Assembly (NCBI GenBank): GCA_950097225.1
Contig: CATNCE010000001.1
Coordinates: 121,110 to 185,109, forward strand
Length of the DNA: 64,000 bases
Reading direction: 5' to 3'
Source of the DNA: an uncultured Bacilli bacterium
Lineage (GTDB): Bacteria > Bacillota_I > Bacilli_A > RF39 > UBA660
This document shows positions 1 through 9,690 of the stretch, piece after piece. Positions within the stretch are counted from its first letter, which is position 1; each line of letters starts with the position of its first letter. Below the pieces are notes generated by a model, which saw only the letters and a list, made by a program, of their open reading frames with translations, was not told where the DNA came from and did not search any database. The position numbers and the translations under genes were made by a program.

Positions 1-1182
1 AAACAAAGATATGAGGGAATTAAGAATGAAAAAGGCGTTTATATAACTCCAGCATTTCCTAAACTTGTCTATGTTTTAGATGAACACAATTGTTTGAAGG
101 GTGGAGAGTATGACTATTTAACTAAACTTGCTGTTAAATGTAGTTCTAAACGTTTGTATCCTGATTATATATCTGCTAAGAAAATGCGTGAAAATTATGA
201 AGGAAATGTTTTTTCCCCAATGGGATGCCGTTCCTTCTTATCACCTTGGAAAGATGAGAATGGGGAGTATAAATTTGAGGGAAGATTTAATCAAGGTGTA
301 GTGTCTATCAATTTGCCACAAATGGGAATTATCGCCGATGGTGATGAAGAAAAATTCTGGAGTATTTTTGATGAGAGATTAGATTTGTGTCGTGAGGCAT
401 TAATGTGTAGACATCATGCTCTTAAAGGAATACCTTCTGATATTTCGCCAGTACATTGGCAGTATGGAGCTATTGCACGTTTAGGCAAGGGTGAAAAAAT
501 CGATAAATTATTAGAAAATGGTTATTCAACGCTTTCTTTAGGTTATATTGGTTTGTATGAACTTACGAAAGTAATGAAGGGGGTTTCACATACCGATCCA
601 AAGGGAACAGAGTTTGCTACTAAAGTTATGCAACATATGAAAGATAAATGTGCAGAATGGAAGAAGGAGACAGGATTAGGATTTGCTTTGTATGGCACAC
701 CAGCTGAAAGTCTATGTTATCGTTTTGCGCGTGTTGATTTAGAAAGATTTGGAAAAATAAAAGATGTTACAGATAAAGGATATTATACTAATTCTTATCA
801 TGTAGATGTTCGTGAGAAGATTGATGCTTTTACAAAATTAGGATTTGAGTCAGAGTTACAAAAATTATCAACAGGAGGAGCTATTTCTTATATCGAAATT
901 CCAAATATGCAACATAATTTGGATGCAATGGAGGAAGTTGTTCGTTTTATATATGACAACGTTCAATATGGGGAATTTAATACTAAGTCAGATTATTGTC
1001 ATGAGTGTGGTTTTGATGGTGAAATTAAACTCAATAAGGATAATCAATGGGAGTGCCCTAATTGTGGGAATAAAGATAAAGGAAAGATGAATGTTACACG
1101 TAGAACATGTGGTTATTTAGGAGAAAACTTCTGGAATGAAGGAAAAACTAAAGAAATCAAAGAAAGAGTAACACATTTATAG
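1..1182 (+). CDS. nrdD: Anaerobic ribonucleoside-triphosphate reductase (5'-truncated by window edge)
   Basis: Frame open from base 1; PMGCRSFL, YGTPAESL, YYTNSYH, Zn-finger CHEC/CPNC and glycyl-radical motif RRTCGYLG. Confidence 0.97.
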   Translation, partial: KQRYEGIKNEKGVYITPAFPKLVYVLDEHNCLKGGEYDYLTKLAVKCSSKRLYPDYISAKKMRENYEGNVFSPMGCRSFLSPWKDENGEYKFEGRFNQGVVSINLPQMGIIADGDEEKFWSIFDERLDLCREALMCRHHALKGIPSDISPVHWQYGAIARLGKGEKIDKLLENGYSTLSLGYIGLYELTKVMKGVSHTDPKGTEFATKVMQHMKDKCAEWKKETGLGFALYGTPAESLCYRFARVDLERFGKIKDVTDKGYYTNSYHVDVREKIDAFTKLGFESELQKLSTGGAISYIEIPNMQHNLDAMEEVVRFIYDNVQYGEFNTKSDYCHECGFDGEIKLNKDNQWECPNCGNKDKGKMNVTRRTCGYLGENFWNEGKTKEIKERVTHL

Positions 1183-1201
1183 AAGTTAAGAGGTGCTTGA
1201 T

Positions 1202-1759
1202 ATGAATTACATGGAGATAAAAAAGTACGATGTAGCCAATGGACCAGGAGTTCGAACTAGTTTGTTTGTTTCAGGATGTACGCATCACTGCAAAGGTTGC
1301 TTTAATCCTGAATCTTGGGATTTTAAAGCGGGGAAGTTATTTGATGATAAAGTAATTGAAGAAGTTATTGAATCGTTAAAGCCAGACTATATTAAGGGAT
1401 TAACGATTTTGGGTGGAGAACCTTTTGAACCAGCTAATCAGCAATCTCTTTTGCCTTTACTTAAAAGAGTTAAGGAAGAATTTCCAAATAAAAGTATATG
1501 GGCTTTTTCAGGCTATTTGTATGACAAACAGATAAAAGATATTATGATGAAAAAATATGATTTTACTAAGGAGTTTGTTAGCTATATCGACGTCTTAGTA
1601 GATGGGGAATTTCATGAAGAAGAAAAAGATCTTTCGATTATATTTCGTGGAAGCCGTAATCAGCGAATAATTGATATTAAAGCATCAGAACTATCAGGTT
1701 CAGTTGTCCTTCATGAAAAGGACAAAGTAAGATTAGGAGGAAATACATGGAACATATAA
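1202..1759 (+). CDS. nrdG: Anaerobic RNR activating radical-SAM protein
   Basis: NGPGVRTSLFVSGCTHHCKGCFN (CxxxCxxC), LGGEP, RGSRNQ; directly follows nrdD. Confidence 0.96.
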   Translation: MNYMEIKKYDVANGPGVRTSLFVSGCTHHCKGCFNPESWDFKAGKLFDDKVIEEVIESLKPDYIKGLTILGGEPFEPANQQSLLPLLKRVKEEFPNKSIWAFSGYLYDKQIKDIMMKKYDFTKEFVSYIDVLVDGEFHEEEKDLSIIFRGSRNQRIIDIKASELSGSVVLHEKDKVRLGGNTWNI

Positions 1760-2208
1760 GAGGATTTGAAATTGCAAAAGGATGGGAAGATAAAGGAATA
1801 AATATCCCAATTAGAAAGACTAAGAAAGCTTGTGCTTATGATATTGAAGCGGCCGAAGATACTATAGTTCCGGCTTTTAAGCCAGGAATAAAGCCAACAT
1901 TAATACCAACAGGGCTTAAAGCTTATTGTCAAGATGATGAGTGGTATATGCTTGCTAGTAGAAGCTCTAATCCTAAGAAGGGGTTGTTAATGCCACATGG
2001 CTTGGGAGTAATTGATGCAGATTATTACGAAAATGAAACTAATGATGGACATTTCTATTTTCAATATTATAATACGAGTGAGAATGACATTTTAATAAAA
2101 AAAGGAGATGCAATCGGGCAGGTTATCTTTATGAAGTTTTTAGTCGCTGATGGAGATAATGCCACGGGTATTCGCAAAGGCGGATTTGGCTCAACAGACG
2201 AGAAATAA
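1747..2208 (+). CDS. dut: Trimeric dUTP diphosphatase
   Basis: AYDI, RSS, GVIDADYY, IGQVIF, C-terminal RKGGFGST motifs. Confidence 0.93.
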   Translation: MEHIRGFEIAKGWEDKGINIPIRKTKKACAYDIEAAEDTIVPAFKPGIKPTLIPTGLKAYCQDDEWYMLASRSSNPKKGLLMPHGLGVIDADYYENETNDGHFYFQYYNTSENDILIKKGDAIGQVIFMKFLVADGDNATGIRKGGFGSTDEK

Positions 2209-2279
2209 AGCTCGTCTTTTATTTGACTATTAGCTCTATTTTTAGTATTATATTGTCGTGTGATAAACGAGGTGTTCTA

Positions 2280-3170
2280 ATGAAAAAGAAAATGACTTTT
2301 GATAAAAAATATCCGCTATTTGCTAAATATATAACTGACTCAGAAGTTCAGTATAATATGATGGAGAATGCGGATTTGTTTCGCAAGTATGAGGCTTATT
2401 CAGAGTCTATCGCGCTTTTTTTATTTGAACTTGATAAACGTTTTGATGTAGAAACTATTAAGGGAATTATAGTTGAGGCAATTATTAAGCTACCCGATGA
2501 AATAATGATATCTTTGATTACTTCATATTTAAATAGCGATGAGGCAGCAAAGGGCAATCCAGAATTTATTGCTTTTTATAATAAAACTAGTAATTTGGGA
2601 ATTGCATCAGTTAATTATATTGAAAAAAATGGTTTGGTGACAAATCGAAGCTATAAAGATATTCCTAATATCGCGCTAGATGCTCTATATAATGATAAGA
2701 GAACAGGGTATGAAATGTTTAAGGATGTTCCTTTAGATGACGTTTATGATACTCTTTCTTATACGGAAAGAAAATTGGTAGTCGATTTAATTTGTAACAA
2801 TAGTTTTAGTTTATTAGATGAAATATTTGCTAAGTTAAATATTAATTTGCCGGTACTTATAAAGATCCTTGTTAATAAAAATTTTGATATAGAGATTTTG
2901 AATGAGAAGACAGTCAGGGAAATTAATCCTTATTTTGTTATGATTCTTTTTTGCTTAATTATGGATAATGAGGAGACTTTTGCTAGTATTGAGAATATAA
3001 AGAATCTTTGTAGGGATAAGCGTTTTGAGTTAATTAGAAAGGTAATTACGGAAAATAAATTGGTAGTATTGGGGCAAATTGAGTATGAGAGTATTAGCAA
3101 TTTGACTGATGATGAAGTAATAGATCTATTAGAGAAGAAAGAACTAGTTTTGGCTAAAACTGAAATCTAG
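2280..3170 (+). CDS. Hypothetical protein
   Basis: ~296-aa ORF with GAGGTG RBS before ATG 2280; no recognisable motif. Confidence 0.7.
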   Translation: MKKKMTFDKKYPLFAKYITDSEVQYNMMENADLFRKYEAYSESIALFLFELDKRFDVETIKGIIVEAIIKLPDEIMISLITSYLNSDEAAKGNPEFIAFYNKTSNLGIASVNYIEKNGLVTNRSYKDIPNIALDALYNDKRTGYEMFKDVPLDDVYDTLSYTERKLVVDLICNNSFSLLDEIFAKLNINLPVLIKILVNKNFDIEILNEKTVREINPYFVMILFCLIMDNEETFASIENIKNLCRDKRFELIRKVITENKLVVLGQIEYESISNLTDDEVIDLLEKKELVLAKTEI

Positions 3171-3241
3171 TTCTTTTTTTTACAATTTTTTTGCTATTTT
3201 TATTGTATTATCACTTAGTAATAATGAAAAGTGATGGTAGA

Positions 3242-4072
3242 ATGAAGAAAAGATTTAAGGCGCGAAAAAGAGCCAAGTTTAACTTGTTAATTGTGTTTAT
3301 TTTAATTTTAGTTGTCGTTTTTTTTAGTTTGAATGTTATTAGAAGTGTCAATCCATCTTTTTTACTTACGGGGAATTATAGATTATTTACTCTTGATTTT
3401 AATAAGCAAGAATTTTTGTTAAAGAGTGGGTTGAATTTTAGATATAAGAGTATTCAAGAAGAGACGACTAAGCCTGTTTTTTCAGAAGTTCCCTCTGTCC
3501 CTGAAGTGCGAAAGAAAGTGTATATATATAATACTCATCAAAAGGAAGAGTATGCTGATTATAATGTCTATGATGGGGCTCTTGCTTTAAAAGAATATTT
3601 GAACGAACACAATATTGATGCAATAGTAGAAGACACTGATATTACGGCTGAGGTTCATAAAAATAATTATACTTATTCGCAGAGTTATCGAGTTACTAAG
3701 GAACTTATTTTAAAACATATGAGTAATGATATATCTTTATATATTGATTTGCATCGCGATTCTTCTAATAAAAATATTACGACGGCAACAATTGGCGAGG
3801 CTAGTTATGCTAAGATGATGTTTGTTGTTGGCGGGAAGCATGAAACTTATATGGAAAATTATCGAGTAGCAGAGGAATTAAATAAAATGATTAAAAATCT
3901 CAATTCATCACTTAGTAGAGGTCTTCTTTTGCGCAAGTCTTCTAGCTATAATCAGGAAGTTTCAGGAAATATACTCCTAATTGAGTTGGGAGGGCCATAT
4001 AATACTAAAGAAGAGGTTAACAATTCGCTTAAGATGTTAGCTCAAGCGATAAGTAATTATTTGGAGGAATAG
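3242..4072 (+). CDS. spoIIP: Stage II sporulation protein P (cell-wall amidase)
   Basis: N-terminal TM; YIYNTHQKEEY, YSQSY, IDLHRDS, YNQ, LIELGG..NT..E motifs. Confidence 0.9.
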   Translation: MKKRFKARKRAKFNLLIVFILILVVVFFSLNVIRSVNPSFLLTGNYRLFTLDFNKQEFLLKSGLNFRYKSIQEETTKPVFSEVPSVPEVRKKVYIYNTHQKEEYADYNVYDGALALKEYLNEHNIDAIVEDTDITAEVHKNNYTYSQSYRVTKELILKHMSNDISLYIDLHRDSSNKNITTATIGEASYAKMMFVVGGKHETYMENYRVAEELNKMIKNLNSSLSRGLLLRKSSSYNQEVSGNILLIELGGPYNTKEEVNNSLKMLAQAISNYLEE

Positions 4073-4075
4073 AAA

Positions 4076-4405
4076 ATGGAAAAAAAGAAAAATGGCGAAT
4101 GGTTTTTTAAGATTTTGTTGGTGTTGTTTATCATGTTCTTGTGTCTTTATTCGATTAGTATGAATGGATATGTTGATCGAATAAATAAGAAAAAAACTCT
4201 GTATACAGAGGAACAGATAAAAAAGTTTGAAAGTGATGTTGAACAGGGGGCAGATTTGGATATGCAAGATTATACTTTGATAAAGGATGTTGATTATTCT
4301 AATAAAATGAGTGATTTAGGAGAGAATATAAGCGAATTGATTAGTTTTACGGCAGATAAATCGATTAAGTTTTTTAATACCTTTTTTTCCTATCTTTTTG
4401 AATAA
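4076..4405 (+). CDS. Small membrane-anchored hypothetical protein downstream of spoIIP
   Basis: 109-aa ORF with N-terminal TM, 3 nt after spoIIP. Confidence 0.65.
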   Translation: MEKKKNGEWFFKILLVLFIMFLCLYSISMNGYVDRINKKKTLYTEEQIKKFESDVEQGADLDMQDYTLIKDVDYSNKMSDLGENISELISFTADKSIKFFNTFFSYLFE

Positions 4406-4463
4406 TACTTGCTTTTTTATGGTTTTTGTATTATAATGAATGAGTCATTTGGATTGGCAGTAT

Positions 4464-4540
4464 GTCCGTGTAGCTCAGCTGGATAGAGCACTCGCCTTCT
4501 AAGCGAATGGTCACGTGTTCGAATCACGTCATGGACACCA
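4464..4540 (+). tRNA. tRNA-Arg(TCT)
   Basis: Cloverleaf: GTCCGTG/CATGGAC acceptor, anticodon loop CTTCTAA, TTCGAATC T-loop, encoded CCA. Confidence 0.95.
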
Positions 4541-4833
4541 GATTGATATTAAACTCGGGTGTTTTCGAGTAAAATGTAAAAACGACTTGTTTTATAGTCG
4601 TTTTTTTATATAGATGTTGGCCTTTAGGGTAAAAATAATAGAAATTATTTTATGGGTAGAGACACTTGTTCTAATGAGTGAGTGTCCTTTTTTGGTTAAT
4701 TTAGACTAATTTAATTTTTTTATGTCAGTTCATGTGTATTAATCTTTTGTGGATAGTTACCTTAAAACGTAAATTTTATATAGTTTTTTCTCGTGCTTTG
4801 TTATATAATAAGAACAGAATAGGGTGAATATAA

Positions 4834-5961
4834 ATGGAGACAATTATAATTGGAAAACCAGCAGTGAATATATATCTTCCTTTACAAGAATTTCCTCAAG
4901 AAGGAGATGTTTTCTTGATTAAGGGGAAAAATGAGTCAGTTGGAAATGTAGGTGCTACAAGTGCTTGCTTATTGGCTAAATGGGGAATGAGTGTGCATTT
5001 TACTGGTGTTACGGGAAATGATTCTTATGCAGAAAAAATTCGTGATACTTTTAAAACATATAAAGTCAATGCCCGTTTTATGGAAACTGATTATGAGGCA
5101 CAGACTGCTGTTAATTATCACATTTTAAATGCTAAAACGGGAGCAGTTACAAAGATCCTTTTTAATAATTCTGATAGTCAGTTAAAGAAGTTTAAATATG
5201 ATTTTGTTCCTAATTTTGCTATTATTGATGGAACTGATATGGCGGGAGCTTTAGCACTTCTTAATAATAACGGAAGTGTTAAGACGGTTTTTTACGGAAG
5301 AGTTGGCGATAAGGATAGTATTGCTATGTCTAAGCGATGTACTTGGGCAGTTGTTACCGAGAAGTTTGCAGAGATGATGACGAAAATTATTCCAGATGGT
5401 TCTGCAGAATTATATGTTAATTTATATCAAAAAATGGTTGATATCAGTGGGCTTAGCAATTATATTGTTATTTTAAATAGCCATAAGATTCTTTATTGTG
5501 TTGATGGGAAGGTAAAAATGCTTCCTGAGATGAAGATAAATGTTTCTGATAGCTCTAGTTTTGAGTCAGTATTTGTTGGGGCACTTTCTTTTGCATTAAT
5601 GAACGAAGTAGAACTTGATGACGCTATTAAGCTAGCTAATACGGCAGCAGCTATTTCTTTATCACGTATTGGGGAAGTTGATGCTATTCCAAGTGTTGAT
5701 GAGGTACTAGATAATTCGGGCTTAAGGGAGAAGATGGGTCTTGCTAAAAAGGATGAGGTTAACCATTCTATACCAACAGCAGTTGAACCTTTAAATCCAG
5801 GACATGTTAATGCTCCTGTTACTGATGTGGGGATGAGCACAAATAATATGAGTCCTAATATGCCAAATGGAGATGTAAGTAATGCGTTTTTTCCACAGAT
5901 GAATTCAAATAATCAAATGCCAAACACCAATGATCCAAATCAAAATGTACAAACCAATTGA
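4834..5961 (+). CDS. PfkB/ribokinase-family protein, degenerate active site, Asn/Pro/Met-rich tail
   Basis: GNVGATSACLLAKWG..TGVTGND N-terminal PfkB pattern and ANTAAAIS; GAGD motif replaced. Confidence 0.75.
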   Translation: METIIIGKPAVNIYLPLQEFPQEGDVFLIKGKNESVGNVGATSACLLAKWGMSVHFTGVTGNDSYAEKIRDTFKTYKVNARFMETDYEAQTAVNYHILNAKTGAVTKILFNNSDSQLKKFKYDFVPNFAIIDGTDMAGALALLNNNGSVKTVFYGRVGDKDSIAMSKRCTWAVVTEKFAEMMTKIIPDGSAELYVNLYQKMVDISGLSNYIVILNSHKILYCVDGKVKMLPEMKINVSDSSSFESVFVGALSFALMNEVELDDAIKLANTAAAISLSRIGEVDAIPSVDEVLDNSGLREKMGLAKKDEVNHSIPTAVEPLNPGHVNAPVTDVGMSTNNMSPNMPNGDVSNAFFPQMNSNNQMPNTNDPNQNVQTN

Positions 5962-6217
5962 TCCTTTTCTTATAAATTTACCACAGTTAGATGTTCATGG
6001 TTTTTATAGTGATGATGTAATGACTGTGGTAAATGAGTTTATATATGATAACTATCGTATGCGAAAGAGAAAAATCGTTGTTGTTCATGGCAAGGGGCAG
6101 GGAATTTTAAAGAGAAAAATTCATTATGAGCTGCGAAGAAATAAATATGTTAGTCGATATTACTTGTATAATTTTAATTTGGGTTGTACAATAATCGAAT
6201 TAAAGGAAAGGGAGTGA
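5945..6217 (+). CDS. Stand-alone Smr/MutS2 C-terminal domain protein
   Basis: LDVHG, VVHGKGQGILK, NLGCTII. Confidence 0.88.
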   Translation: MYKPIDPFLINLPQLDVHGFYSDDVMTVVNEFIYDNYRMRKRKIVVVHGKGQGILKRKIHYELRRNKYVSRYYLYNFNLGCTIIELKERE

Positions 6218-6222
6218 TTCTC

Positions 6223-7500
6223 ATGTTTGCTGATGAGGTTGTAGTAACTCTTAGTGCTGGTAAAGGTGGAGATGGATGTACGTCTTTTCGTAGGGAAAAA
6301 TACATTGAAATGGGTGGACCTAATGGCGGTAATGGCGGAAAGGGAGCATCTATTATCTTTGTTACTGATCCAGGATTAAAGACTTTAATTGATTTAAAGA
6401 TGATGAAACATGTTAAAGGTGATAAAGGGGTTAATGGTAAGGGTTCTGATCGTAATGGAGCTAATGCCGATGATGTTGTCATAAAGATCCCTATGGGAAC
6501 GACGATTGTGGATATGAAAACCAATGAAGTTATTGCCGATTTAACTAAAAGCGGAGAGGAAATCGTTGTTGCTAGAGGCGGTAGAGGCGGACGTGGTAAT
6601 CGTGCTTTTGCTACTCATGATAATCCAGCACCAAGAATGAGTGAACTTGGAGAGCCAGGAGAAGAAAGATTAATAAAGTGCGAATTAAAAGTTTTAGCTG
6701 ATGTTGGTCTTGTAGGAATGCCTAGTGTAGGAAAATCTACTTTGATAAATATGATCAGTAATTGTAATGCTAAGATTGGAGCCTATCATTTTACGACTTT
6801 AAATCCAAATTTAGGTGTTATAAAGTTGAAAAATGGCAGTTCGTTTGTAATGGCCGATTTACCAGGTTTAATAGAAGGAGCCTCAGATGGCGTTGGACTT
6901 GGACATAAATTTTTGCGCCATGCTATGCGTACGAAGGTAATTGCTCATGTTATTGATATGGCTGCTACCGAGGGAAGAGATCCGATTAGTGACTATGGAA
7001 TTATCTTAGAAGAACTAGCTAAATATGATGATAAATTGATAAAAAAACCACATATTGTAATCGCTAATAAGATGGATGTTGATGGAGCGGATGCTAATTT
7101 AAAGTTATTTCAAGAGAAATTTCCTGATGAAAAAGTATTTCCAATTAGTGCCATTATGCAAATAGGGCTAGAAGAACTTATTACTTATTTAGGTAGTGTA
7201 GTTGATAGTTTAGATGAAGTTACTCTTTATGGTGAAGAAGTAATGAAAGAGAGTCATGTTTTATATAAATACGATAATACTCGTCCATTTACTATAAAAA
7301 GAGAAAATAATATTTGGGTATTATCTGGTAAAGAAGTTGAGACGTTGTTTGCAATGACTCGTTTTGAAGAAGAAGAGTCTGTTTCGCGATTTGGACGTAA
7401 ACTTCGTGGTATGGGTGTTGATGATGAGCTTGAACGTTTGGGAGCTAAACGTGGGGATGAAGTTAAGATACTCGATTATATATTTATATTTAAAGATTAA
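6223..7500 (+). CDS. obgE: GTPase ObgE/CgtA
   Basis: Gly-rich Obg fold, GMPSVGKST, YHFTTL, DLPG, NKMD, C-terminal OCT domain. Confidence 0.97.
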   Translation: MFADEVVVTLSAGKGGDGCTSFRREKYIEMGGPNGGNGGKGASIIFVTDPGLKTLIDLKMMKHVKGDKGVNGKGSDRNGANADDVVIKIPMGTTIVDMKTNEVIADLTKSGEEIVVARGGRGGRGNRAFATHDNPAPRMSELGEPGEERLIKCELKVLADVGLVGMPSVGKSTLINMISNCNAKIGAYHFTTLNPNLGVIKLKNGSSFVMADLPGLIEGASDGVGLGHKFLRHAMRTKVIAHVIDMAATEGRDPISDYGIILEELAKYDDKLIKKPHIVIANKMDVDGADANLKLFQEKFPDEKVFPISAIMQIGLEELITYLGSVVDSLDEVTLYGEEVMKESHVLYKYDNTRPFTIKRENNIWVLSGKEVETLFAMTRFEEEESVSRFGRKLRGMGVDDELERLGAKRGDEVKILDYIFIFKD

Positions 7501-7652
7501 AGAGACTATGTCTCTTTTTTGTTGGAACACTTTGGCTATTTAGATTTTTCTTGGTAAATTTGAGTAAAGTATGCAAACATTTGTTGCAATTTTTTGGATG
7601 ATTTTATATAATTTATATAGTTTTTTTGTATTGTAGGTTAGGAGGCAGTATC

Positions 7653-9656
7653 ATGGAGTTAACAAAAGAAGATTTAAAGTTAGAGGAGACAACTTTAGCA
7701 ACAACCGTTGAAGAAATTAATAGGCAGATTGATGAGTATGGCATTAAAATTACGGATGAAGGACAGGATTTAAAAGAATTTCAGCGCTTGCGTTGGGAAA
7801 TTGAACAGGAGATGGATAAAGGAGAGCGTTCAGCGTTTATTGCTGATAATGATTTGAAAATAGCGCTTTTAAATGAGAAGACAAAGAAAGTTAGACGTCT
7901 TTATAAAGTTAAGAATAGTCCTTATTTTGGATCAATTATATTTAATGATGAGCCAATTTATATAGGTATTACGGCAGTAAAAAAGGATCTTGATTATTTA
8001 GTATGTGATTGGCGTGCGCCAATATGTAGTTTATTTTATGATTTTGAATTGGGGCATGCTAAATATTCTTCGCCAGGCGGATTTGAAGAGGGAGAAATTA
8101 CTCGTAAACGTCAATATAAGATTGAAGATGCTAAATTGAAGCATGTATTTGATACGAATCTCAATATTGATGATGAGTTATTACAGGATGTTTTAGCTCA
8201 AACTAGCAGTGATAAGATGAAGAATATCGTCAATACTATTCAGGCCGAGCAGAATGCTGTTATACGTAATAGTAGCAGTGATACCATTGTAGTCCAGGGA
8301 ATAGCAGGTTCAGGTAAGACAAGTGTGGCATTGCATCGTATTGCTTTTTTGTTATATAAATTAGAGTATTTGACGAGTGGAAATGTACTTATATTCTCGC
8401 CTAATAATGTATTTACAGAGTATATAAGTGAGGTATTGCCTGATTTGGGTGAAGATAATACTATGCAGTCGACTTATCACGCGTTTGCATCTTCTTTTAT
8501 ATCTGAATATACGCGAGTTGAATCGTATTCATCTTTTGTCGAAAGGTATTATAAGGGAGTACGTCAAGATAATGACTTAATTCGCTTTAAGTTAAGTGAT
8601 GATATCATTCCGGCAATTGAGGAATTCTGTGGTTATTATACTAAGGCAGCGCGTTTTGTTAAGAGTTTAGAATATAAAAATAAGCATGTGCCAATGGAAG
8701 AGTTGAATGAATTATTATTTATTCGTTATGATAATAAACCATTGTTTGAACGCCTTGATTTAATTGCAGAGAAAATTAATAATACATATTATACAGGTAA
8801 TGAAAAAGCACTTCCACCTTTAAGGAATGCTTTACTTAAGATTACGAATTTTAAAAGTGACTTTAAAGAGGTTTATAAGTTCTTTTATGAATCGGCAATA
8901 TTTAAAGATGCTTATCCATATATGTTTAGAAAAAATGAAAATATTCGCAACTTAAATGATCAGGTCATTCGTTATGAAGATGCAACACCATTTATCTATA
9001 TGAAGTGTTTGTTAGAAGGATATCCTTATCAAGTCGCTATGCGTGAAGTAGTTGTTGATGAGGCACAAGATTATACGTATTTACAATATAAAATTTTAAA
9101 GAAGATTTTTAAAAATGCTCATTTTACTATATTGGGAGATGTTAACCAGACAGTTAATCCCTTTTATAAATATGATAGTTTAGATATACTTTTGAATATA
9201 TTTGATACGAATAGTATGTATATTGAACTTACAAAGACTTATCGATCTAGTCCAGAAATTATTGAGTATGCTAATTCGATTTTAGGGCTTAATCATGTCA
9301 GTGCAATTAGAAAGAATGTCAATTTGCCGGTTATTAAGCGACCAATGACGGAGCTTAAGCATATTGGCAAAGATATTCATTATTTAAAGAAGAAATATAA
9401 AAGTGTAGCAGTTATTACTAAGAGTATTGATGAGGCAAAAATTATTGCCGCTGGTTTAAAAGAAATATATAAGGAAGTATCAGTTATCGATGTTACTACG
9501 GAGAAATTTGATAAACATTTAGTAGTTGCTCCAGCTTATGGGGTAAAGGGGCTAGAGTTTGATTCGGCAATAATAGTTAATAATTTTTCTAGTGATCAGT
9601 ATTTATATTATGTGGCTGTTACTAGGGCTCAACATGAATTAATAGTTTACGAATAG
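7653..9656 (+). CDS. helD: HelD-like SF1 ATPase (RNA polymerase recycling factor)
   Basis: PYFG, DWRAPI, IVNTIQAEQN, QGIAGSGKTSVALHRIAFL, VDEAQD, KGLEFD, YVAVTRA. Confidence 0.85.
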   Translation: MELTKEDLKLEETTLATTVEEINRQIDEYGIKITDEGQDLKEFQRLRWEIEQEMDKGERSAFIADNDLKIALLNEKTKKVRRLYKVKNSPYFGSIIFNDEPIYIGITAVKKDLDYLVCDWRAPICSLFYDFELGHAKYSSPGGFEEGEITRKRQYKIEDAKLKHVFDTNLNIDDELLQDVLAQTSSDKMKNIVNTIQAEQNAVIRNSSSDTIVVQGIAGSGKTSVALHRIAFLLYKLEYLTSGNVLIFSPNNVFTEYISEVLPDLGEDNTMQSTYHAFASSFISEYTRVESYSSFVERYYKGVRQDNDLIRFKLSDDIIPAIEEFCGYYTKAARFVKSLEYKNKHVPMEELNELLFIRYDNKPLFERLDLIAEKINNTYYTGNEKALPPLRNALLKITNFKSDFKEVYKFFYESAIFKDAYPYMFRKNENIRNLNDQVIRYEDATPFIYMKCLLEGYPYQVAMREVVVDEAQDYTYLQYKILKKIFKNAHFTILGDVNQTVNPFYKYDSLDILLNIFDTNSMYIELTKTYRSSPEIIEYANSILGLNHVSAIRKNVNLPVIKRPMTELKHIGKDIHYLKKKYKSVAVITKSIDEAKIIAAGLKEIYKEVSVIDVTTEKFDKHLVVAPAYGVKGLEFDSAIIVNNFSSDQYLYYVAVTRAQHELIVYE

Positions 9657-9690
9657 AGAGAATGTGTTATAATAAGCATTAAATTGAGGG

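Noticed and set aside
1-1182. Intein or intron in nrdD, or alternative genetic code
   Set aside because: The visible part is colinear with normal NrdD, and all core genes translate fully under the standard code with Trp as TGG
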